A stretch of DNA of 53,512 bases. It comes from Candidatus Woesearchaeota archaeon (GTDB lineage Archaea > Nanobdellota > Nanobdellia > Woesearchaeales > JACPBV01). The DNA is taken from NCBI GenBank assembly GCA_019323195.1, contig JAHWHQ010000035.1, positions 1-53,512 of the forward strand. The letters run 5' to 3'. The notes below the pieces were generated by a model that searched no databases, was not told the DNA's origin, and saw nothing but the letters and a program-made list of their open reading frames with translations. Made by a program: the position numbers and the translations under genes. Below are positions 41,450-48,943 of this stretch, one piece after another; within the stretch, counting starts at the first letter, position 1, and each line of letters opens with the position of its first letter.

Positions 41450-43012
41450 TCAACCCTGGCTTTTCTGCCTGTTGAAGTCATTAGCCCTCTGGACGTCTAC
41501 AGGGTAAAGGTCCTTGTCTACTATCACTGTGCTCTTTACCCTGTTCTTGCCCTCTGCCTTTGCCGTGTACAATGACTTGTCTGCCTCTTTTATAAGCTCA
41601 ACTGCAGAGATGGACCTGTCCATGCATGTAATCAGGCCGGCGCTTATCGTTATCGTTTTCAGCGGCTGGTCTTCCTTGCCGAAGAAGCTGTTCTCTTCTA
41701 TCTTTTTCCTTATCTTCTCTATCATGTCAAAGGCAACATTGCTGTTGGTGTCTAATGATATTATGATGAACTCCTCTCCTCCGTACCTGCCGACAACGTC
41801 GCTCTCCCTTGTCTCGTCTTTTATTATCTTTGCTATATCCTTCAGCAATGAATCGCCCCTTATATGGCCGTGGGTGTCGTTGTAGTGCTTGAAATCGTCT
41901 ATGTCCATGAGGGTTATGGAGAGGGGGTTCCTCAGCCTGACGCTTCTTATCATCTCCATCTCAAGGATGTTCATGAAGAATTCGCGGTTGTAAAGGCCTG
42001 TCAATTTGTCGGTTATCGCCTTGTTCTTTATCTTTTCAAGGTTCTGGGAGTTTAATACGGCCATGGAGATCTGGTCAGAGAGAACCCAGAGGAAGTTCAG
42101 GTCGTCTTTTTTTGTCTTATTTGTGGGGTAGAGGTAGAATATGACGCAGCCCATCATGTTGCTGTTTATGATAAGGGGTATGGCTATGAGGCTGTGCGGG
42201 AGGTAGCTTATGCCCTTGTTCCTGAACCGTGGGTCGTCCTGGAGGCTGTCTACCTTTACTATCTTTTTTGAGCTTAGTATCTCTTTTTCTATTATCTCCT
42301 CTATCTTGTCATAGCCGGTCTTCTCTTTTTTTGCTTTATCGCTGCTGAATATTATAACAGAGCAGTCTTCGATGTATATTATCTTTCTTATGTTCTCCTT
42401 GACCTTTTCCAGGGTCTTTGACAGCTCGGTGACATGGCTTACTGACTGGGCTACCTTGTGGAGGATGTTCAGCTCCTCGATCCTTCTTTCACTCATCTTT
42501 TTCTGGTGCACCAGCTCAGGCAGTGTGGTGGACAGAAGGGACAGTATCCTGGAGTATTCCTTTATCTTTTCCTCCTTGGTTGCGGGGATGGTGCTTATGT
42601 TCTCGAGCAGCTCTTCGCTTTCGATGCCTATCTCCCTGCTGAGGCTGTCGAATACTGCCTGGTCTATGCGCTCTTTGAGGATAGCGCCGCAGATGACTGC
42701 GCCAACCTGCTCGCCCTTTACTTTTATGGGGGCTATTATGTTGAGAAGGCCTGCATGGCAGTAGTATAAGATGAGCTTCCTGCCCTCTTTTTCCAGCCTT
42801 TCCATGAACTTCAGCCTGCAGCTGCGGCATGATGAAAGGCCCTTGTCTTTTGACTTTATGACCTGGCAGAAGAAAGGGAACTCTTTTGAGCTGGAGATCT
42901 CCTCGCCTTTTCTGTCGACTGTGTAGACGACTGTTTCGATGGATTCTGAGAAATTGTCCTGGAGGCTGTTCCATAGTTCCATGTCAAGGGTCTCGCTGAT
43001 TTTCCCGTCCAT
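41450..43012 (-). CDS. PocR-GAF-GGDEF diguanylate cyclase
   Basis: The N-terminal PocR-like FFCQVIKSKDKGLSSCRSCR...YYCHAGLLNIIAPIKVKGEQVGAVICG is followed by a central GAF-like region. The C-terminal GGDEF domain has RYGGEEF and an RESD (RxxD) I-site 5 residues upstream. Confidence 0.85.
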   Translation of the reverse strand: MDGKISETLDMELWNSLQDNFSESIETVVYTVDRKGEEISSSKEFPFFCQVIKSKDKGLSSCRSCRLKFMERLEKEGRKLILYYCHAGLLNIIAPIKVKGEQVGAVICGAILKERIDQAVFDSLSREIGIESEELLENISTIPATKEEKIKEYSRILSLLSTTLPELVHQKKMSERRIEELNILHKVAQSVSHVTELSKTLEKVKENIRKIIYIEDCSVIIFSSDKAKKEKTGYDKIEEIIEKEILSSKKIVKVDSLQDDPRFRNKGISYLPHSLIAIPLIINSNMMGCVIFYLYPTNKTKKDDLNFLWVLSDQISMAVLNSQNLEKIKNKAITDKLTGLYNREFFMNILEMEMIRSVRLRNPLSITLMDIDDFKHYNDTHGHIRGDSLLKDIAKIIKDETRESDVVGRYGGEEFIIISLDTNSNVAFDMIEKIRKKIEENSFFGKEDQPLKTITISAGLITCMDRSISAVELIKEADKSLYTAKAEGKNRVKSTVIVDKDLYPVDVQRANDFNRQKSQG

Positions 43013-43061
43013 AAGGTTTCTGTATGCCGCTTTTTTATAAATATTGCGCTGGCTTTATGCA

Positions 43062-43100
43062 GAAATAAAAAATCCCCGCCCTAAAGGGCAGGTATTTTTT
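43062..43100 (-). terminator. hairpin + T-tract (bidirectional look) downstream of small ORF 43211..43375
   Basis: CCCCGCCCT-AAA-GGGCAGG flanked by an A-run on the left and TATTTTTT on the right. On the minus strand the stem is followed by AUUUUUUAUUU. Confidence 0.4.
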
Positions 43101-43210
43101 AAGTCTCAAACTGTGTTATTAATTATAGTAGTAGAGTATGAAACCCAGTTTGAGCAATAATCTATAGGTATGATTAAGAAGGATCTTTTATGCATGATAA
43201 TGGGGGTCTT

Positions 43211-43375
43211 TCAGCCAAGCTTCTCATAGGTTCCGGTAGAGTGCCCACAGGGCTGCTTGTTCCATGAGCAGTTGTTTATGCAGCATCCGAGGTGGACTGC
43301 GCCTTCCTTATGGCCGCATAATAGGACAGAGTCCGGGCTGCTCTTGAAATCCCCATCGCATATCTTACACTTCAT
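43211..43375 (-). CDS. small Cys/His-rich zinc-finger-like protein
   Basis: 54-aa ORF not in the track: MKCKICDGDFKSSPDSVLLCGHKEGAVHLGCCINNCSWNKQPCGHSTGTYEKLG. An SD-like GGGTGAT lies 6 nt upstream of the ATG. Confidence 0.5.
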   Translation of the reverse strand: MKCKICDGDFKSSPDSVLLCGHKEGAVHLGCCINNCSWNKQPCGHSTGTYEKLG

Positions 43376-43452
43376 TTACGATCACCCTCTTTTAACCAGT
43401 ATATACCAGGATTTTCTTCGTTTCATTATTTAAACTTTTCGGAATAATTCAG

Positions 43453-43474
43453 TAGTTAAGTGGTTAATTAATTA
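43453..43474. repeat. 22-bp direct repeat, copy 1 (TAGTTAAGTGGTTAATTAATTA)
   Basis: Perfectly repeated at 43539..43560. Contains the palindromic TTAATTAA core. Confidence 0.7.
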
Positions 43475-43538
43475 TAGAAGTTTGTTATTTATTTAATCCT
43501 TGCGTTTGTCTTTTGGATGTTCTTTTTTTGATCTGTAT

Positions 43539-43560
43539 TAGTTAAGTGGTTAATTAATTA
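43539..43560. repeat. 22-bp direct repeat, copy 2
   Basis: Identical to 43453..43474, with 86-bp spacing, in a divergent intergenic region. Confidence 0.7.
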
Positions 43561-43675
43561 GTTAAATTTATTAAATAAATAATTTGTTAAGGGTTTTAGT
43601 TGTTTTGCAGGGCTTGTTTTGCTTGAAGAGGTTATTATGGTTACCTTTAAATAAGGCGGCGGAAATCCGTTCTTT

Positions 43676-44224
43676 ATGTATACTGAAATAAGGCTGCATA
43701 ATGGCAAAGAGGTAGAGGTGAGGTTTGATGAATTAAGCAGGCTGAACAATACGCTTGCAGATTTATGCGGGAGTACAAGCCGTCTGGCGGATGATGTCAA
43801 TCTTGGAAGAAAAGATATTGTAAATGCGTTGCTGGAGGCGGGGTCTCTAGCAGATGAAGCCTTTAAAAGATTACAGGAAGAGATAGGCTTGTTGTATAAT
43901 GAGCCTCATGTTTTGGATGAGCAGATAAGCCCCGGCATGAGCTTATGCTATTTTTATCTAGGAAGCTTATATTCTGAAATTGTGCTTGCTACATCTCAAC
44001 AAAAAGAGATTTTTTATCTGACAAAGGAATATTTTGAGGACATGTATCTCCTGCAGGTCTTATCGGACATGGAATTCAGCAGGGGTGACAGGAATGATAA
44101 GATCGCATATGAATTAGGTAAGAATCTTGAAGAACTTGCACCTTCATATAAACTGCAAGTTTCAAGGCAGACAAGGGAGTTTCAGATATTATCTTATATG
44201 CTGTTAAACAGGGTAATCCATTGA
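43676..44224 (+). CDS. hypothetical protein
   Basis: 182-aa ORF. No motif recognised. Confidence 0.5.
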   Translation: MYTEIRLHNGKEVEVRFDELSRLNNTLADLCGSTSRLADDVNLGRKDIVNALLEAGSLADEAFKRLQEEIGLLYNEPHVLDEQISPGMSLCYFYLGSLYSEIVLATSQQKEIFYLTKEYFEDMYLLQVLSDMEFSRGDRNDKIAYELGKNLEELAPSYKLQVSRQTREFQILSYMLLNRVIH

Positions 44225-44275
44225 GGATTTTTTTTTGTTGTTCTGGGATGGTGGTGGGTTTTGTTCTGTTTATTA

Positions 44276-44536
44276 TCATCTGGATAACTTAATCGCATCA
44301 TCCATGAGCTTAAGAAGCTTCTTGCCTTTATCTGTAATCTCATAATCGACTTTCTTATGGCCTATATCTTTCTTTGTTATGGCTTTTGCATTTGCAAGGT
44401 TAGAAAGGACATTCTGCAAGGTAGTATGGGATACTTTGGTCGTCCTGAACATTTCAGAATAGGTTGTTTTTCCTGAGCTTAATAATTTCAGTACTTCAAC
44501 GCTGCACTCGACTTCTTTGAACTTGAACCATACCAT
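44276..44536 (-). CDS. small winged-helix transcriptional regulator
   Basis: Starts at the internal ATG (MVWFKFKEVECSVEVLKLLSSGKTTYSEMFRTTKVSHTTLQNVLSNLANAKAITKKD...). A TATA-like TTATATATAAAT lies about 25 nt upstream. The track's longer version runs through the divergent gene. Confidence 0.65.
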   Translation of the reverse strand: MVWFKFKEVECSVEVLKLLSSGKTTYSEMFRTTKVSHTTLQNVLSNLANAKAITKKDIGHKKVDYEITDKGKKLLKLMDDAIKLSR

Positions 44537-44568
44537 ATGAAGAAAATAATAACATTTATATATAAGCA

Positions 44569-44590
44569 TTACATCGTTATAACGATGTAA
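44569..44590. promoter_or_regulatory. perfect 22-bp palindrome, candidate operator
   Basis: TTACATCGTTA|TAACGATGTAA lies between the divergent wHTH gene (start 44536) and 44592..44843 (the ATG is 2 nt downstream). Confidence 0.5.
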
Positions 44591-44591
44591 A

Positions 44592-44843
44592 ATGAACAGG
44601 ACAGAAAGGTTCAGGCTGGAAAGGATATTCTGGGACTGCGTAAGGCTTGAAAGGGAAACCCGCCTTTCAGAGTACGATGCAGCGCAGGGTGACCTGTGCA
44701 TAAGGCTGCTGAGGAAGAGAAGGCAGCTGTTCAGCCTGAAAAGGATAACAAGGATAAGATGCAGGGGCTGCGGCAGGGTCTACAACAACAGGAAAAACTG
44801 TGTTTTCTGCGACTGTAAGGATATGGAGTTCCTGAGGGAGTAA
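44592..44843 (+). CDS. hypothetical protein with C-terminal CxxC...CxC zinc-ribbon-like motif
   Basis: 83 aa with RCRGCGRVYNNRKNCVFCDC. Translationally coupled to the next ORF. Confidence 0.5.
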   Translation: MNRTERFRLERIFWDCVRLERETRLSEYDAAQGDLCIRLLRKRRQLFSLKRITRIRCRGCGRVYNNRKNCVFCDCKDMEFLRE

Positions 44844-44844
44844 G

Positions 44845-45099
44845 ATGCGAAGGTATATTTTATTAACACTTCTGGCAATATGCTGTATCTTATCTATGTG
44901 CTATATAACTGTCTTGGATGAAGGGCTGAATGATCTTGCAGCCCATAAGATGAAGGCTGGGTTTAGGAACCTTAACCTTACAGAGAAGCAGGAAGCGGTG
45001 GATAAGGGATATTTCTACTCATGTTCAGAGGTGGAGGACTTCTGCAGGGAGAACAGGAATGCTTCTGGCTGTGTCCGGTATTGTTTGGGGGGTGGGTGA
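44845..45099 (+). CDS. small secreted/membrane Cys-containing protein
   Basis: 84 aa with N-terminal hydrophobic segment YILLTLLAICCILSMCYITVL. ATG is 1 nt after the upstream stop. Confidence 0.45.
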   Translation: MRRYILLTLLAICCILSMCYITVLDEGLNDLAAHKMKAGFRNLNLTEKQEAVDKGYFYSCSEVEDFCRENRNASGCVRYCLGGG

Positions 45100-45253
45100 G
45101 TGGTGAGATGGTTTTATAAAATGGATATATCAATATACCAAAAATGTTATTTCATTTCTTTTTATTGTATTTCAATTTAATCTATTTAAAGATGATTACC
45201 ATTTATGAAATTTTTAAGAAAGGTTTATTAAGGTAGAAAAAATAGAAAAAGAT

Positions 45254-46024
45254 ATGGAACTAAACCTGTATCAAAAAGAAGTTTTCAATACTTACAAAAG
45301 TAATTCCCAAAGAATAAGGATTTTAACTGAAAGTTGGATGGAAAATAATATGTTCTGTCCTGTTTGTCTAAACTTAAGTATTAATTCACTGCCAAATAAT
45401 ACGCCTGTTGCTGATTTTTTCTGTCCAAAATGTAATGAACAATTCCAATTAAAAAGCCAAAAAAATAGTTTTGGTAAGAGAATACTTGATGGTGCTTTCC
45501 AAAAGATGATGGAATCAATCAAACAAAACTTAAGACCTAATTTTTTCTTGCTACATTACAACTTAGATTATTATGTGAATAATCTTTTTTTAATACCTTA
45601 CTTCTTTTTTACTGAATCAATTATTGAAAAAAGAAAACCATTATCCAAAAAAGCAAGAAGAGCAGGATGGATTGGTTGCAATATATCCTTAGATAAACTT
45701 CCTCCTGAAGGAAAGATTAGAATCATAGAAAATGGAATATTATATGAAAAGAAATTAATAGCAGACCAATGGAAAAAGATAAGCTTCATTAAAGATACTC
45801 CATTACCTGAAAGAGGATGGACAGTAGATGTGTTAAGAGTGGTCCATTCTTTAGGAAAAAAGGAATTTGCACTCAAGGAAGTTTATGAATCTGAAGAAGA
45901 ACTTGCCAAAGAACATCCAAATAACAATTATACCAAAGCTAAAATAAGGCAGCAACTACAGATATTAAGAGATAAAGGAATATTAAGATTCAAGAAAAGA
46001 GGAAACTATCTTGTTATGAGATAA
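45254..46024 (+). CDS. DpnI-like (methyl-directed type IIM family) restriction endonuclease
   Basis: 256 aa. YKSNSQRIRILTESW, CPVC...PVADFFCPKC..QFQLKS, RRAGWIGCNI and C-terminal wHTH KAKIRQQLQILRDKGILRFKKRGNY. These closely match my recollection of S. pneumoniae DpnI (254 aa). Confidence 0.75.
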   Translation: MELNLYQKEVFNTYKSNSQRIRILTESWMENNMFCPVCLNLSINSLPNNTPVADFFCPKCNEQFQLKSQKNSFGKRILDGAFQKMMESIKQNLRPNFFLLHYNLDYYVNNLFLIPYFFFTESIIEKRKPLSKKARRAGWIGCNISLDKLPPEGKIRIIENGILYEKKLIADQWKKISFIKDTPLPERGWTVDVLRVVHSLGKKEFALKEVYESEEELAKEHPNNNYTKAKIRQQLQILRDKGILRFKKRGNYLVMR

Positions 46025-46098
46025 TTCTGACTAGTAACACGTTACCAAATCCCGTAACCAAGTTTTAAATATAGCTTACCTAAGATCTTAAAGATCCA

Positions 46099-46917
46099 AT
46101 GCATCAATTGGGTTTATTGCCTTACTATCCAACTTACTCTTCAAAAACATATCATAAGATCTATTTTGGTGATTGCCGTGAGATTCTTCCAAAGATTCCA
46201 TCTGAATCCATAGACCTAATATTCGCAGATCCTCCCTACAATATGTCTAAGAAGAAGGGGCTGGGGTGGAAGTACTCAAAACATGTTACAATGCAGGAAG
46301 AATGGGATATGTTCTCTAAGGATGATTATTTTCAGTTTAACAAAAACTGGCTTAAAGAGGCGTTAAGGGTTTTGAAACACGGCGGAAGCTTATGGATCTC
46401 CGGCAGCTTTCATAATATTTATCAGGTTGGTTTTATATTGCAGCATATTGAAGAGGTAAAGATAAATAATTCCATCGTCTGGTTTAAGCCTAATGCCCAG
46501 CCAAATATAACATGCAGAATGTTTACAGAAAGTACAGAGCATTTAATCTGGGCATCAAAAAACGGAAAGGGCAAAAGATGGACATTCAACTATGAGGACA
46601 CGAAAAATAAGATTGTGGACCCATGGTCGCCTAAGGGAAAACAGGCAAGAAATGTTTGGTCTATACCTTTAACCTCAAAAAAAGAAAAATGGGCAGGCCC
46701 TCACCCAACACAAAAGCCAGAAGAACTATTGAGAAGGATAATTCTAGCATGCAGTAACAAGGGAGAAACTGTTTTGGATCCTTTTGTTGGTTCCGGGACG
46801 ACCTCTGTTGTCGCTAAATCACTAGGCAGAAATTCAATCGGGATTGAGAAGGACAGGAAAAATCTGGATATTATTAAGAAGAGGCTGGGGCAGGAGATCC
46901 TAGAGATGGAAGGTTAA
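46099..46917 (+). CDS. DNA methyltransferase, beta-class (N6-adenine/N4-cytosine), DPPY type
   Basis: Motif IV IFADPPYNM is N-terminal. Motif I DPFVGSGTTSVVAKSLGRNSIGIEKD is C-terminal, preceded by HPTQKPEELLRRII. Confidence 0.85.
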   Translation: MHQLGLLPYYPTYSSKTYHKIYFGDCREILPKIPSESIDLIFADPPYNMSKKKGLGWKYSKHVTMQEEWDMFSKDDYFQFNKNWLKEALRVLKHGGSLWISGSFHNIYQVGFILQHIEEVKINNSIVWFKPNAQPNITCRMFTESTEHLIWASKNGKGKRWTFNYEDTKNKIVDPWSPKGKQARNVWSIPLTSKKEKWAGPHPTQKPEELLRRIILACSNKGETVLDPFVGSGTTSVVAKSLGRNSIGIEKDRKNLDIIKKRLGQEILEMEG

Positions 46918-47377
46918 TTAAAACTTAAAGTGCGAAGCACTTTGGATCCCCTAATTCTACATTTAGAAATTCTGTGAAGGTATACTATTGTCCGAAGGAT
47001 AAGGGATTTGAGACTTTTTTCCACTTAGCGAATACAATATTTCTAGAACAAAAATGAAGGGGACAGTTTGGATTAAAAAATTAAGAAAAAAGGGTTATCA
47101 TTTTTTCTACGCAGTAGACATAACCATTCGGCTATGCCGTATATCTTTAAACTACCCTGATCTATTTAAATATTTCTATTTTTTGAACTTCCTAGGAACA
47201 AGATTATCAAAGTTGAATAATTTGAAGTTTTTACCCACTTTGATATATGATTCAATATGCATATATATTCTTCAATTTCAAGAAATCTTCTGGTTGTCAA
47301 GAGTATCTTTCCTGTCGACAGGAAGATATTCTTAATATTTAAATCTTTTTATTTTGATGGCTTATTCAGTCTAAAAA

Positions 47378-47395
47378 ACGAAAGATTTAAATATT
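47378..47395 (+). promoter_or_regulatory. BRE/TATA-like promoter element
   Basis: ACGAAAGATTTAAATATT lies about 90 nt upstream of the ATG at 47468. It is nearly identical to ACGAAAGATTTATATATA at 50861. Confidence 0.4.
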
Positions 47396-47467
47396 AATTA
47401 TAGTTAATATAATTACTATAGCAACTATAACTAATATTGCTAATATAATAAAAACTATTGAAATAAG

Positions 47468-48211
47468 ATGACTCCAAGACCCAGCGTTATAAAACCAGAT
47501 TCGAGAGAAAATAAGACTACAATTCAAGTAGATAAAGATACCAAGATGATTTTGACAAAAATAGGTCTAAAAGGTGAGACTTATAATCAAATAATTAAAA
47601 GACTGATTACTTACTTTGAAGAACATGTTAATCAATCTGAAAAATTTGTTGAATCTATTGAAGAAAAACACTATTCTGGTCAGATTCAAATCGGTGAAAA
47701 TTTAGTATTATCAAAATATGACCGAGTTACTATATCAATAAAAGATCAAATCAATGTACAAGAACTATATTTATCAAGTCCAACAATAACTCTTGAAGCA
47801 ACTTATAATAAACCATTCAAGAAGGAAGATGAAATCTATCAAATTGATTTAAAGATAGATAAAGTTATTTTTGACAATGAAGCATACAGCCCTAAAGAGT
47901 TTTTTGGAGTTTTACAAAAAGATATAGTCTATTGTAAAGAATTTGTTTATTATTATTTGAGGTCTATTCTTGAAGTAATAAAGATAGAGTTTAAGAAATC
48001 AAATTATTTTTTTAAAGAGTATCATGATTATTTTGATTTGGCAAGATGGAGAACTTTTTTATTGAATTCCAGACTTAGTCCAGAAATTCTTTCTAATGAT
48101 GTTGAAAGTATATTATCAGATCTAAAAAATGAAAAAACTAACAATAAATTAATTGAAGATGTTAAAAATTCATATTATATAAAAATAAAAGAATTTGGGA
48201 GATATGGTTAA
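47468..48211 (+). CDS. hypothetical protein with RHH-like N-terminus
   Basis: 247 aa, AT-rich. The N-terminal TTIQVDKDTKMILTKIGLKGETYNQIIKRLITYFEE looks like a ribbon-helix-helix. Confidence 0.55.
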   Translation: MTPRPSVIKPDSRENKTTIQVDKDTKMILTKIGLKGETYNQIIKRLITYFEEHVNQSEKFVESIEEKHYSGQIQIGENLVLSKYDRVTISIKDQINVQELYLSSPTITLEATYNKPFKKEDEIYQIDLKIDKVIFDNEAYSPKEFFGVLQKDIVYCKEFVYYYLRSILEVIKIEFKKSNYFFKEYHDYFDLARWRTFLLNSRLSPEILSNDVESILSDLKNEKTNNKLIEDVKNSYYIKIKEFGRYG

Positions 48212-48785
48212 TGTGACAGAAGGATTACAATTTTTAAATGAATTTTTTATTAATAAGAAGTTTGAAGTAGAGGATAGTACAATAACACTTGATGAAAGGC
48301 CATCTTTCGATGTAAGATCCGAGGATTATCACTTTAGAGTTGTTATTGCTGAAGTAGTAGACGAAGTTGAGATCTATTATCGAGACATAGCAATAGAAGA
48401 TCATCATAGACAAGATAAACATAAAAAACCCCACCTTCAATTTAAATTACATGCAGACGGAATAGGAAATATTCACATTTTCTTACCAATCAACGATGCT
48501 AAAGACTATAAAAAATATATATTTAGTTTTTTGGATATTATTGGCTCTATTTTAGTCAAAATGGATAATGAGAAAAAGGAATTACAACATAAATTTATGA
48601 GAATGGATAAATTTAAGGAAATTGAAGGAATGGGAGATAATATCAAGAAAATTGTTTGCGAGAGTTATAAACAAGGAAAATTAAAACTTTTAACTGTAGA
48701 TAGAGAAACAAGAGTAATTGATGGTGAGTATCTAAAACGCATTAAAGGAATACCTCAAATAGAACCTTTTTTTGAGAAATTATAA
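48195..48785 (+). CDS. hypothetical protein
   Basis: 196 aa. Overlaps the upstream gene by 17 nt (coupled). No motif recognised. Confidence 0.5.
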   Translation: MGDMVNVTEGLQFLNEFFINKKFEVEDSTITLDERPSFDVRSEDYHFRVVIAEVVDEVEIYYRDIAIEDHHRQDKHKKPHLQFKLHADGIGNIHIFLPINDAKDYKKYIFSFLDIIGSILVKMDNEKKELQHKFMRMDKFKEIEGMGDNIKKIVCESYKQGKLKLLTVDRETRVIDGEYLKRIKGIPQIEPFFEKL

Positions 48786-48930
48786 TTTGATTTTCTTTCC
48801 TTATGAAAAATAATAATTTCTTTTTCAAACAAAAAGACTCTATAACTCCTTCTATTTGTTCTAACCTCCAATAAAAAAACATCCAGGGTGAAGTCAAACC
48901 TAACCGCACCCTTTCAAAAAAACCTTTCAT
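48742..48930 (-). CDS. small hypothetical protein (doubtful)
   Basis: 62-aa ORF whose ATG is preceded by a very strong SD (AAGGAGGTGATAT-ATG), 14 nt downstream of the DHH gene stop. It overlaps the convergent 48195..48785 by 44 nt. Confidence 0.3.
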   Translation of the reverse strand: MKGFFERVRLGLTSPWMFFYWRLEQIEGVIESFCLKKKLLFFIRKENQIIISQKKVLFEVFL

Positions 48931-48943
48931 ATATCACCTCCTT

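Noticed and set aside
43453-43560. CRISPR array
   Set aside because: There are only two copies of a 22-bp AT-rich repeat with an 86-bp spacing and no further units. No cas genes are in the window.
46927-46943. Hairpin AAAGTGC-GAA-GCACTTT just after the methyltransferase stop, considered as a terminator
   Set aside because: It is a short 7-bp stem with no following T-tract. That is too weak to annotate.
47054-47335. 93-aa plus-strand ORF in the AT-rich spacer after the methyltransferase
   Set aside because: The product is Phe/Leu/Ile/Tyr-rich, as expected from random AT-rich sequence. There is no SD or promoter, and it ends in a near-perfect palindrome (about 47305..47328, ATCTTTCCTGTCGACAGGAAGAT) that looks regulatory or structural rather than coding.
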